Below are positions 25,901 through 35,357 of a stretch of DNA of 37,634 nucleotides, piece by piece. Within the stretch, counting starts at the first letter, position 1. Each line of letters begins with the position of its first letter. The translations under genes were made by a program, and so were the position numbers. The DNA lies in contig JAMDHS010000031.1 of the NCBI GenBank assembly GCA_029717555.1, positions 186,001-223,634 of the forward strand, given 5' to 3'. Below the pieces are notes generated by a model. The model saw only the letters and a program-made list of their open reading frames with translations. It made no database searches and was not told the DNA's origin. Origin of the DNA: Peribolospora baueri (taxonomy: Eukaryota).

Positions 25901-26897
25901 TTCGCGAAAGACGGGTGGTACGCGTCGGCGTCTCGTCGTGGTTGGGGGGTGTGCGAGATGCTCGTCCTCGGCCTTGCGGCGGCGTCGTTGGACCCTGTCG
26001 ACGACGCGGACTAGGGAAAAGAGAGGTACGGCTGGGCCGCGGCGTGGAGGAGACGAGGGAGGAAAAGCTGGTGCCGGTATGAGGGCTCCTCGTCGTCGTC
26101 GGCGTCGTCGTGATGGTGGTCGTCGTCGTCGTTGGAGTGGAAGGCCTCTGAGGGCGGATAGACAGCGGATCAGCGGAGACAGACATGTGGATCGTTTGCT
26201 CTTCGTTGTCGAAAGACGGACGACGAGCAGCTCGGACTTGATACCCTTCCCTGCACGCTACCTCGACAACCGCCCATGCCAAAGTCTCCAACTGCTGCCG
26301 CCTCTCCTTCTCCAGACGCAGTCGTTCCGCACGTACGTCCACATCAGGATGTGGTCCAGAAGAGGAGGAAAACGGGTGGAAGGGATCATGGGACAAGGAC
26401 AGGAGGAGGGGGACGTCAATGGCGGAGAGGTCGAACGGCGGCGTCGGGTCGTCGTCGAAGGCGTTCGACGACGACGACGACGCAGCGGAGGGAACGGGCT
26501 TGGAATCTGAGAGACACTCTTCGAGCATACCGAGGAAGATCTTGAGTCTCCTTCTCTCCGCCTTTGGCGCGTGCTCGTCCCCGACCTCTGGAGCCGCGGG
26601 CAGGCGAGTGCGTTTGACGACCTCGAAGAGGGCGATGAGCACCGCTGGTCGGACATCGGCGAGAGAGCGGAGGAACGGGAGCCGTAGAGCGACGAGGAGA
26701 GAGTTGAGCGCGTCGAGAAGGGGAGACCGGGCTTGGTGCGCCTTGGCGGACGTGTGAGAGGAGGCCGAGGATGGGTGAGCGGAGGCCGAGGTGGTCAGTG
26801 CGCTCTCTCGGTCGCGAGTGCTCCCTCCTCGATCACACGCCGACCACCGAGGCTCGCCGGCTCCTCGGCGGCGACGGTGAGGTCGCGAGACGTCCAT
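22989..26897 (-). CDS. 1302-aa intronless, largely disordered protein with a probable DUF5745 (CEP95 N-terminal-like) domain and coiled coils
   Basis: Long uninterrupted ORF. LLDALNSLLVALRLP...LADVRPAVLIALFE...RLP...LKIFLGMLE...LSAIDVPLL and C-terminal SPYTLMLLREKERLL resemble, from recall, a conserved basidiomycete DUF5745 family. The ORF is well supported; the domain call is less so. Confidence 0.65.
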   Translation of the reverse strand: MDVSRPHRRRRGAGEPRWSACDRGGSTRDRESALTTSASAHPSSASSHTSAKAHQARSPLLDALNSLLVALRLPFLRSLADVRPAVLIALFEVVKRTRLPAAPEVGDEHAPKAERRRLKIFLGMLEECLSDSKPVPSAASSSSSNAFDDDPTPPFDLSAIDVPLLLSLSHDPFHPFSSSSGPHPDVDVRAERLRLEKERRQQLETLAWAVVEVACREGYQVRAARRPSFDNEEQTIHMSVSADPLSIRPQRPSTPTTTTTTITTTPTTTRSPHTGTSFSSLVSSTPRPSRTSLFPSPRRRQGPTTPPQGRGRASRTPPNHDETPTRTTRLSRTSTVPRTSSGRAHASRGIRRSSSSSTPPSSPTPSHVSPSRAPLWPPRTAIGDRRDGEHDENASTDSPCSCTTTTTVTTVSSRSDSDSDADVKPLDEEETRTLRAMRIHHLQRALTQGLKLLEARRAREEALRREVEVQREVSEELDGRAYDEEDGDEDGEGLEQGRLPSQPFQEVDSRTRRRDMPKEELSLVAPSVSAPVASITPEELALRQAVARAEREQLAIEERDKRTRQRLDWERFQEQEWWRERQEEIEGGGPSEVGEVGESREESGRRANISTWRERVLPPVPIGEAGGQDGHARSLRTYRVDGEVGVPGEHVADHALPSSSAMVANEGEGSGARVGRNLSHEPWYRSLHAGARERSYGVPDVRHLSAPDATLGDHDEFEAEVPVSDDDDDDLSTTQSSPTPAPSVSASCACEISLLPLPVDRICSCQAPSPVPIPSAPQEVLSPVAGSSSSSSAHLRHRPGSTVPSPTDDDLEYECECECECECRCDGHGQRYDASYLTTSPFVQRVAPRSQPRPHPPRPLSSPSSSPGREKVEFSVLETSPFAYGYGSPRQTIHRRHSSQPTGMSLDDHSLDRIFHGDGADAPRSPSLASPSPPPLRGPHRASAPPVVTVTEAAERGIHGGRGEDLTQHSTKNGAPQSLLEEDSADDEEQSLRRRWDLEAAFPVLCPERRMEGREREAFGERSEPFPTLELGSPLVLESPSPSPSPSPPPLPSSFGKCACEHACGADSSFAGDDEREWQSRCAYLSNTSLRPPQHSAALRPGHRRFHARSNRLGLSLCGEEEGGGRGRREGGDDDHDNYNDSEDNENDGTYRAVSGTATGVVASESAVTLSPYTLMLLREKERLLGKLGRRVSEPSASSAAFLSQTRAPVWKEEEEEKEEGDTEQACSLRPSSDASRPLVLPSAAKRAPHPAAAGLPRREASPRVKELRNVLAEVRRAIRRAEDSLGRTTLGETGMGSGMVG

Positions 26898-27767
26898 TCA
26901 AAAATGTCGGGGCACGCCACGAGAGCGATTTCGTCACGCGACGCGCTGTTCCTTAGCCGAAGGCGATCGTGCCGGTGTGTGATGGTGAGGGCGAGACGGA
27001 AAGGACCGTTCGTTTGTGTGTACGTGTGGACGCCATCTCCTGTTCGACGCCCTCAGCGCGTCTCGCACGCGGGCGTTCCGGACAAAGGCGGTCCTCGGCG
27101 GAGATCGCCTTGGAAAGGTCGCTCAGGAGTAAGGGCCAGATCTGATCAGATTAGGCGCGGCATCGTCCGCCCAAGTTAGCGGCACCGGCGCGTAAATCAC
27201 GTTTGCCGGTCATCTGACGGGCTGGACGGCAGAGATACATACAGGCAAAGCGTCGGTGGATCTAGTCAAAGGGCGTGGCAACTACCGATTAGCAGCGAAC
27301 AAGCGATCGATCGATCGAGGGCAGGGGACTTATATAAAACCGAGCCCACTTTTTTGTAATGGCCGCCGTCCCTAAGGCCGTAACCAACCCGCCGTAGCGG
27401 CCGGCTATTGCCGTAGTTGTAATCGCCTCGTGTCTGGGCCCTCTAACCCTAGTCCTGGAGCGCCATAAAAGCCTTTCTCCTTGTTCCTCCCTCTCTCCCT
27501 CTCCCAGAGGACCTGTAAAAAAAAAAAGTGCGAATATGTCGGGTTGCGTAGCGCGAGTGCTGAATCGAGTGCGAATAGCGAAAAAAAGTGTAACCGTTTG
27601 CGGCTACAATACGCACAAGTCGCGTGTGACGAGTGCCAGGGCGACTCATCGTGATCGAAGGACTGAGGGGTCGAATGTCGTGGGGAAAGTCGGAATGTCG
27701 AGCGACGGCCGCGACGGCGGCTCGTCGAGGTCGAACGTCGGATTGTCGAGCGGCGAGCGCAACGGCG

Positions 27768-28914
27768 TGTGATTTAATATATACAAAATGTTCGTTGGAA
27801 AAATTAAGTTCGGATCGTTTTCGTGGGAATTTCGGCCCGAAGTGTTACTACCCCTCCTTCCGCGCCCCGCGCGCGCGCGTATGAATGATCTGAACGCGGA
27901 CCTGCTGCAGCATATGGACGGGCTAACGTTGTCATTCGACTCGTATGATTCGGCTGACCTGAATTCGAGCGCGGCCGGTCGAGTGGAGTTGACCGCCGAA
28001 TTCCTCGCCAGCATCAACGTGCCGAGCCTGCCGCGGGCCCATCTGGAGCTCCGCATCGGCGCGCCGGTCATCCTGATGCGAAATCTGGATCCGAATCAGG
28101 GACTCTGCAATGGCACGCGCATGACGGTCGTACGCACCGCCCGCCACCTTCCAATTAACGCGGCTCCAATTTCCCCTGCGATTAGCATTTGCTATGACCA
28201 TCAACAAATCGCAGGGGCAGTCGTTGCGCGACGTTGCGTCGACCTGCGAAGCCCAGTCTTTACCCACGGCCAGCTGTATGTTCCACTGTCGAGGACGGCT
28301 GATGTGGATGGCGTCTCCCTCCTCTACTCCCCAGATAATACGGGCCGAATCACTAATAATATTGTATACCCAGAGATTCTCCGCGCGTTTACTCCGTGAC
28401 ACCACTTTATACCCCTATATACTTTCCTAGTTCCGGTAGATCCTATAGCTTTACCCCTCCGGGCCTGGCGGCGCGTATAGATCCTATAGATCCTATAGTA
28501 TTTATAACCTTTTCTTTCGGCAGTTGCTTTAGCGGCTTCACTCTTACGTGCGGGGCACCTGCGCGCGCAGGGGGGCACACGAACCCCTTAAAAAAAAGGG
28601 GGGGAAGACCTGCGCGCAGGCGCGCAGGCGGCACACTGGCAGGCTGGCAGACGTCTCTACCGTGACCATGTCGGCACTGACCATCAGCAACACCTTATAC
28701 GGACCTGCCAGCGCTGCAAAAAAAAAAGGGGGGCCCCTGCGCGCACACGCGCAGGCGGCACACTGGTTCACATACGACTTTGTCGTAGACGGTGGCCAAA
28801 CCCTGGGAACTTGGCCCGACTGCGCTCCAGACCCCTATGTACTACCATTGCGCCCACGCTCCCTATGGAGGAATACCATCACGATTCTTACTCACAGCTA
28901 TAAGTCAAATCACA
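27768..28914. mobile_element. Insertion with TGTGATT...AATCACA ends and a 4-bp target-site duplication GGCG (solo LTR, MITE or Ginger-like host element)
   Basis: GGCG(27764-27767)|TGTGATTT ... AAATCACA|GGCG(28915-28918). Excision restores the flanking 48-bp tandem repeat. Confidence 0.75.
27773..28766 (+). mobile_element. Internally deleted, non-autonomous Helitron carrying a Pif1 helicase C-terminal remnant (~27881-28399)
   Basis: EFLASINVPSLPRAHLELRIGAPVILMRNLDPNQGLCNGTRM...[deletion/frameshift] [22 protein letters not shown] [frameshift] [19 protein letters not shown]...[10 protein letters not shown]. The 3' hairpin CCTGCGCG-CACA-CGCGCAGG (28736-28755) ends 11 nt before CTGG|T (28763-28767). 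The 5' boundary A|TTTAATATATACAAAA is tentative because TC is expected. Confidence 0.8.
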
Positions 28915-30262
28915 GGCGGCTCGTCGAGGTCGAAGGTCGGATTGTCGAATGACGAGCGCAACGGCGGCTTGTCGGGGTCGAGAAAGTCGAACGGCGCAAG
29001 GAACGAAATTAGTATACTGTCAAGGCTGGCTGGGATTTCATCCATCTCCCAGCACTGAGCTCACCTCGATGGCGACAATACAGTACTGTGCCGTAGGGGT
29101 GGTAACGCGACCAGATAGCGAATAAGCAAGTGACCCGTGGAGGAAGAAGGGAGGCGACGTAGGCAGGGGGAAAAGAAAGCGAGACGGTGTAGAGGGGAAA
29201 GGGTTGCGAGGTGTCACGGGCGGCGTCAGAAGAGTGGTATTGAGAAAGGCATGGCCACGCAAGGAGCAAAGAGCGAGCCTCAGGACGCTGACGCAGGCGT
29301 CAAAAACCAGTTGCCGAGGCAGACCGACCATTTCCACCAGCGCCGACGATCGCCGTTCTCGCCGTTTTGGAAGCCGTCCTTTTGGCCAGCCCTCCTCTCG
29401 ACTTGCATCAAAGCCTCCTCGGTCCTTTCGTCTGCGTGCTTCTCCCTCTTCCCTCCGGAGCCGGCCTCCTTCTTCTCCATCCCTCGCGCGCACGAGAACG
29501 GCGTTGAACGACGACCTATGCTCTGTCTGCTCGTATCTGCCAGCGGGCTCCGCTCATGGGATGGTTAGCCGCCGCCGCCGTCGTTGTCGTCTTCGATGGG
29601 ACGTCGCGAACGAAGGACGCTGATGAGCGCCTGCGCTGGGCGGCATGCACGCGCTGACCCGATCGCCTCGCGTCGTCTATCGATGCCTGCCAGCCGAGGG
29701 GGAGGGGGTATGGGAGAGGGGAGAGAAAGAAGGGCGAGAAGGGTATATGTACACATATATATATGCAAACGCAAGCGGAGGAGACAAGGAAGAGTCTTCT
29801 TTCCATTCCCACCCTCTCTCTCTCTTTCTCTCTCTCCTGTGCTCTCTTGCTTGCGCTCTCGCTCCACTTGCCCGACCAGTCCGACGTCGTCGCCCGTCCG
29901 TCGTCGCCTTGAACGACATCCTCAAAAAAAAAGTCGTCATCGTCATCGCCAGCATCAGCACCGCCGACGCCGACACCGACGCCAAACAAGACGACGCGAG
30001 ACGACACGAGACAAGACAAACAAGAAAACACGAGACAAGAAAATAACACAAGACAGACGTCGCCGTCCGCTCTCTTCCTCCTCCTTCCGCCCTCGCCTCC
30101 ACCTTTTCTCTCCTGCTCTCTGCGCCCCCTTGACCACCTCAAAACGCTCCTGTCCCGTCGCCGTCCCATCCGCCTCCTGACCTCCTTCTCTAGCTTCTGC
30201 CGCCTTCTTGACTCTCGCGGACAAAGACTGAGAAAGACTGAGAAGACAGCCTGAGGGCCTCC

Positions 30263-33095
30263 ATGGACACGTCTCAGCACCCTCGCCACTCCTCCCGCTC
30301 GCCTCCTTCACACCCCCACCGCCGCGATCCCGCCCCTTCTTCCACTCAGGCCGCCCTCCCTCACTCCGCCTCCCAGACCGAGCTCTCGTCCGCACTCTTG
30401 CTCGGCGTAGACCCTTCTCCCGACGTCCATGCCGCCACCGCCGGCCCTGGCCCTGGCATCGGCGTCGGTTCCTGGGTCCTCGGTCGGTCCGCGAGCGAGG
30501 AGGAGCAGGAGCAAGAGCATGGCCAACACCAGGGAGATGACCAACATCACGCCTATCAGCAGCATCAGCAGCAGCACCACTACCACCATCACCACCTCCA
30601 CCGTCAGCACGGCGGCTTTCAAACACCCGCCCACGTCCATTCCCCCTTCCCCTCCTCCGCCGACGTCCACTCCTCTTTCCTCTGGCCGCCTTCCCACCCA
30701 CTCTCCTCGTCTTCCTTCGTCTCCCATCGAGTCCTCCGCCCCACCGTATACAGCCACCAGTCCCATGCCCCGATCGTACAAGGCGCTCTGCCGATCCCGC
30801 AGTCTACTGGAGCCGGTGGCATCCAGCAACAGCCGTACGGGACGATGCACGTGCCAGCGATGTCGTCGTCCTCCCCATCGCCGTCGTCGTCTTCTTCGCA
30901 TCCCCTCGGCGTCGGCACGCACGACGTTGCGACGCTTTCTGGCGTCGTCGCTGCGGAAACCCACCTGTCTTCTTCGTCGGCCAGGAGCGCCGGCTCCTTT
31001 AACGCCGTGAGTCCTTTCGACGTCCTCGGCAAGAAGCATCGCCTGGGACGCCGGCCATCGCCCGGGTCCCCGTCGATGCCCTCGTCGTCGTCGTCGTCGC
31101 TTTTCGCTATTTCCGGAGGTGCCTCCATGTCCGCTCCCGCCACTGCAGCGTCCCCTTTCACGACCTCGAGCGCGGGCTGGGCCTACCCGTCGCCGGCACA
31201 GCACTCCGAGGCCGAGGCCGAGGCCGAGTCTAGTCGGGCACGCTCTAGGACCTTTCAATACGCCAACCCCTGGGCTCCTTGGGCCGCTGTCCCTGCTCCC
31301 GGTCCGAGTCCGTGTCCGGCACCTCCCCCCGAGGGGCAATTCTTTAAGACGAGGCCGGAGAGAAGGGCGAAGAACATGGTGGCCCAGAGGGAATATCGTG
31401 AGTGCGCCCCGCTGCCAAGCCAAGCAAGGTCCGCTTTCGCATGTCGTTTCGTCCCGGTTTCACTCGCTCAACCCTGGTTTCTCTCTCTCGCTCACTCGCT
31501 CGTCGTCATTCCTACAGGCAAGCGCAAATCTGCCCATTTGGCGGCGCTCGAAGAAGAGAACGCAAAGCTCAAAAAAAGGATCGAGGAGTTGCAGGCGGAA
31601 GTGACGGAAAGGGAAGGAGAGGGAGAGCGGGACGAGTGGGAGGCGCATGAACGAGGCGGCGGTAGTGGTGACGTTGGAGAGCGAAAGACGTCACAACGAC
31701 AACAGGAGCCATCGGCCTTGGACGAATTTTTCCATCCCATCGATCTTCACCCGTCCTCTGCCTCCTCGGGCCATTTGGCTGGATCGAGCGGTGGCGGTAG
31801 CGGTGGCGGTGGCGGAGGTGGCCGACGGGGCGCCGACCATCAGGAGGACGGGCCAGGCGCTCCTCCACCCGGTTTCGAGGGAGAATTAGGACCCATGTGA
31901 GTGTGGACGATCTTCTCTTTCAACGACCGGCGGACCAACCACCGCTCACGTTGTTTTCCTCTCCCGCCCCCGCCCCGCCTCGCCCCGCCCGCCCTCCATC
32001 ACCCGGATTAGGGGCCGTCCTTGCGCCTGGAGCGCGACTTCGCGCGAATCGCCGTCGTCCACGCACCTCTTCCCCATCCCCCTATCCCAACAATACGGCG
32101 GCTTCCAAAGCGACGCGACGTCAGGAGAAAGCTCGCAATCCGTGTCGCTCTCCTCCTCGTTCCCCTCCGTCGTGTTTTCCTTGTCCGACGTGGACCGACG
32201 CCATCCCCCGTCTCTCCATGCGGACGACGACAATGCGCACGGCTGGGGTTTATCGGGCCCGTCCTCCTTATTGGCACAAGGCTGGAACGGTCACGGGAGA
32301 CATGCGACCTTTCCGCTCACGCTCCCGCCGTCCTGGCTCAACGACGCATCGGGCCCTTCCGAAGCTCTTGTCGTGGAGACGACAGCCGGCCGCCGTCCAG
32401 AGCAGCAGAGACGGCCGTCGCCTCCTTGTTCCGGAGGAGGAGGAGGACTCCTCCTTTTCGTACCGCACGAGCACCCGACGTTGTTCGAGGGAGACGGCGG
32501 CGACATGGACGTCGACCCACCGGCTCACCGCGGCTCCGACAAGCCCAGGGACGGATCGGCGGAGCTATGGTCTGGCGCGGGCGAGAAAGATACGTCCGGC
32601 CTTGGCCTGTCGGCAAGTGGTACGGCCCACGGTCGCACGCTCGATGACGACTCGTACGCTTGGGCTCTGGCGCCGGCAGACGAGGATGAGGACGAGGACG
32701 AGGACGAGGAATGGCGGGCGACGCCGCCGCCGCCGAAGATGTCTTTTACCCGGGGTGGACGACGGTTGTCTTGGTTGGGCGGACGAGTGCGCCTCCGGGA
32801 GGGCGACGGTGACGATGTCATTGCCGACGACGATGGTGCCGATGTCGACGTCGTGGCCTTTTGTGGTGTGCGTCGATGGAGCACCAAGGCTTTTTCGGCA
32901 GCAACGGTTTCGCACGAGGCCGGACGAAGAGGAGGCCCGCTCCTTTCGTCCGCGGCGATGGCGTTCTCGGGACGTCTCGACGGGGTCGAGTGTGCAATGG
33001 CCCGGCTGGAGCGAATCGAACGGGCGCAGGCGGAGGCGGGGGTGGACTTTGTGGCCGCGTCTAGACGGAGTAGCGGGAGCAGCGCTTCCATGTAG
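30263..33095 (+). CDS. Yap-like bZIP transcription factor, paralogue B; exons 30263-31397, 31518-31896, 32012-33095
   Basis: His/Gln/Ser-rich N-terminus; FFKTRPERRAKNMVAQREYR|KRKSAHLAALEEENAKLKKRIEELQAEV. Introns GTGAGT...CAG (31398-31517) and GTGAGT...TAG (31897-32011) join in frame to the 32142-33095 ORF. Confidence 0.8.
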
Positions 33096-33210
33096 GAAGT
33101 GGACTCGACAGCTCGTCCTCACCGTTGCCTTTCCGTGGCGTCCTCGCTCATGCTTGTAGCCGTCGGTCCTCCGTCGCTTCGGTAATACCCCGATCCCCTC
33201 TCCTGGCACC

Positions 33211-34068
33211 TCACTCACTCACTCACTCACTCACTCACTCGCTCGCACAGCACAAGCACAAGCTTGTCTCATGATTCCCTTCCCCTCCATGCTTTATTAG
33301 ACACTTGGGCCTGCCTGCCTTCTGTTGGCCGTCGGAAATACACGCAATAGAAATAGGAAACATGGCCTGGCGTGGCGTTGCTGCGACCTAGACGGCCCAA
33401 ATGGAAGATTCTTAGACAAGAGACAAGTGTCGAGGACGGCGGATCGATGCTGCCGTCGTGTCGTTGTCGTTGTCGTGCCGTGTCGTCGGTGGGATGAGAT
33501 GGGACGGGGACGGGACAGGATAAGATAGCGGCACGGTACGGTACGGTACGGTACGCGAGTCGAGTCCGACTCGGGTTGAGTAGAGTAGAGTTCGGTCCAA
33601 GTTACGGCCAAACTCGATGCAAAGAAGGCCAAAGCCAAAGCCAAAGTTCCCCGTTCCCCGTTCCCTCCCGCCGGGCTGGGCGGTTATCAGGCGAACAGGC
33701 GAAAAGAGGGAGAAGGCTTGTGCTTGTGCTTGTGCTTCGATTCGATTCGATTCGCTTGGCTTCGATTCGTATGGCTTCGCTTCGATCCACACGGCTTGGC
33801 TTGGCTTCGTTTGGCTTGTGGCTGTGCCTCCCTCGTCACACACAGTCGAGTCAGTCAGTCAGTCAGTCGCGTGTCCCCGCGCGCACCGGACTGCAGACTG
33901 GTCATGCAAAATGGGCAGGGCAACCCACCCGGCCCTATGCGGAGGCTTGAGGCGCTCCTTCTCACGACGGGCACGAGTCATCCTCTGTCGGCGAGGACGG
34001 GGACGCGGCGCGATGGCCGCAGTGGCTTGTCCTTAGCCCGTCCGTTCGTTCGTTCGTTCGTTCGTTCG
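33211..34068. repeat. Dense cluster of different short microsatellites
   Basis: (TCAC)n 33211-33240, (GTACG)4 33536-33555, (CCAAAG)3 ~33629-33646, (GCTTGT)n and (TTCGA)n ~33716-33753, (AGTC)n 33849-33868, (CGTT)n 34043-34068. Confidence 0.9.
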
Positions 34069-35357
34069 CAGACCGTGCCCGAGTTGGTTCGCTGCTATGC
34101 TCTGCGCAGCAAGCAGTCCGTTCTCAGATCTCGCTTGGTCGCAAGCGAGGAACGCGCTCGACGAGGGCCCGCGACCCGCCGTCGGCTCCGCGCCCGGCTC
34201 CCCCATACGATCCCTCGTGCTGCACGCGACACATGGTCAAGTGTCGAGCGTGCCGCAGTCCCCACGCTGAGCGCGCCGTCACGCGCCGAGCACAGCAAGC
34301 GGAGCCAGCAGCAGCAAGTCAGGGTCAGGGCAAGCACAGCTTCCTCCTGGCCGCCCGTCCCGTCGTCCCGCTCACCCGCTCACCCCGTCGCCCGTCGCCG
34401 GTCGCTCCGAGCATCGCCGGCCGTTTGCCCAGTCCAGTCGAATCATTCATGCGCTGTGCTGCGACGCCCTCGCCGGCCCGCTTCGCTTGCTTTGTGGTGG
34501 AAGCGCAAGTGCAAATGGGAGTGGGAGTGCAACACACGCGCTCACCGCACCACCACCCGCACGCACGCGGGGCGAGGGCGAGGGCGAGGGCGAGGGCAAG
34601 GCGATGCACGCGGGTCCTCGCCACCTCCACGCCGCCCGACCATCGTCCGACGTCATCTTCGCCTTCTTTTTCATCTTCGCCTTCGCCTTGCCGGATATCT
34701 CCACCACGTCCTCGACAGCCCGCAGCGCATCTCGCCCGCCCCGTCAGCCTTCCCGGCGGATCTTGTACTTCCGTTGGCCTGTTGGAGCCGCGCAAGCGCC
34801 CATCCCGTCCTGAACTCCGTCCATACGCCCGCTTGTTTGCCGCACTCCACCGTATATCGTATCTCGTTCCTGTACCGTACACAGATCGTAGTCGAAGCAA
34901 ACTGGACTGTAATACCAAACGAAGGAACATGCAGCGCGTGCCGTAGTGGACGTCGACGACGAGCGCTAACGTCCAACGAACATGCCCATGCAATCCCATC
35001 CCACGCGTCCCTCCATCCGTTGGTATAAAGTCTTCGCGCCGCCTCCACTTGCTACGTCCTCCCCCTCGCCTCGCCTCGCCTCCACACCCGCATTCCTCCC
35101 TCGCTCCACCTCCGCCTGTCTTGCCCCCATATGTCCGCTGCCTGCCTCTCTCTCCGCTCGCCGGGCATTTGATGTGAGTGTCCTGCGACCGACCGACCAA
35201 TCGATGGCGGCCTAGATAGATAGATATCTAGACGATCGCCTCCTCCCTTATCGCTGCGGCTGTCTTGTCTTGTCTCCACTTGCTTGCTCACCGCCTCACC
35301 CTCTTCTCCGACCCTTCTCCTCGCCTCGACGGCCCGCCTCCCTTCAACACGCCCACC

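Larger units (their letters stand above)
27646..29045 (-). pseudogene. 82-aa ORF containing 16-aa (48-bp) tandem repeats, interrupted by the 27768-28914 insertion
   Basis: Joining 29045-28915 to 27763-27646 gives MDEIPASLDSILISFLAPFDFLDPDKPPLRSSFDNPTFDLDEPPLRSPLDNPTFDLDEPPSRPSLDIPTFPTTFDPSVLRSR*. Whether it was ever a gene is unknown. Confidence 0.35.

Noticed and set aside
27443..27450. Telomere-like CTAACCCT
   Set aside because: Only one unit, which is expected by chance.
27788..28399. Intact 203-aa Pif1 helicase gene
   Set aside because: It lacks the Walker A/B region, has an internal deletion, and the TINKSQGQ motif is in another frame.
28427..28431. CTAG|T just after the Pif1 stop as the Helitron 3' end
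   Set aside because: No GC hairpin precedes it; the hairpin plus CTGG|T at 28736-28767 fits better.
27716..28966. The ~50-bp direct repeats flanking the insertion as LTRs, att sites or CRISPR repeats
   Set aside because: They are adjacent units of a 48-bp tandem array split by the insertion; the true duplication is 4 bp. There are no spacers or cas genes and the DNA is eukaryotic.
33718..35028. 436-aa + strand ORF
   Set aside because: It begins inside microsatellites, is Arg/Ser/Pro-rich with no recognisable domain, and is expected by chance in GC-rich DNA.
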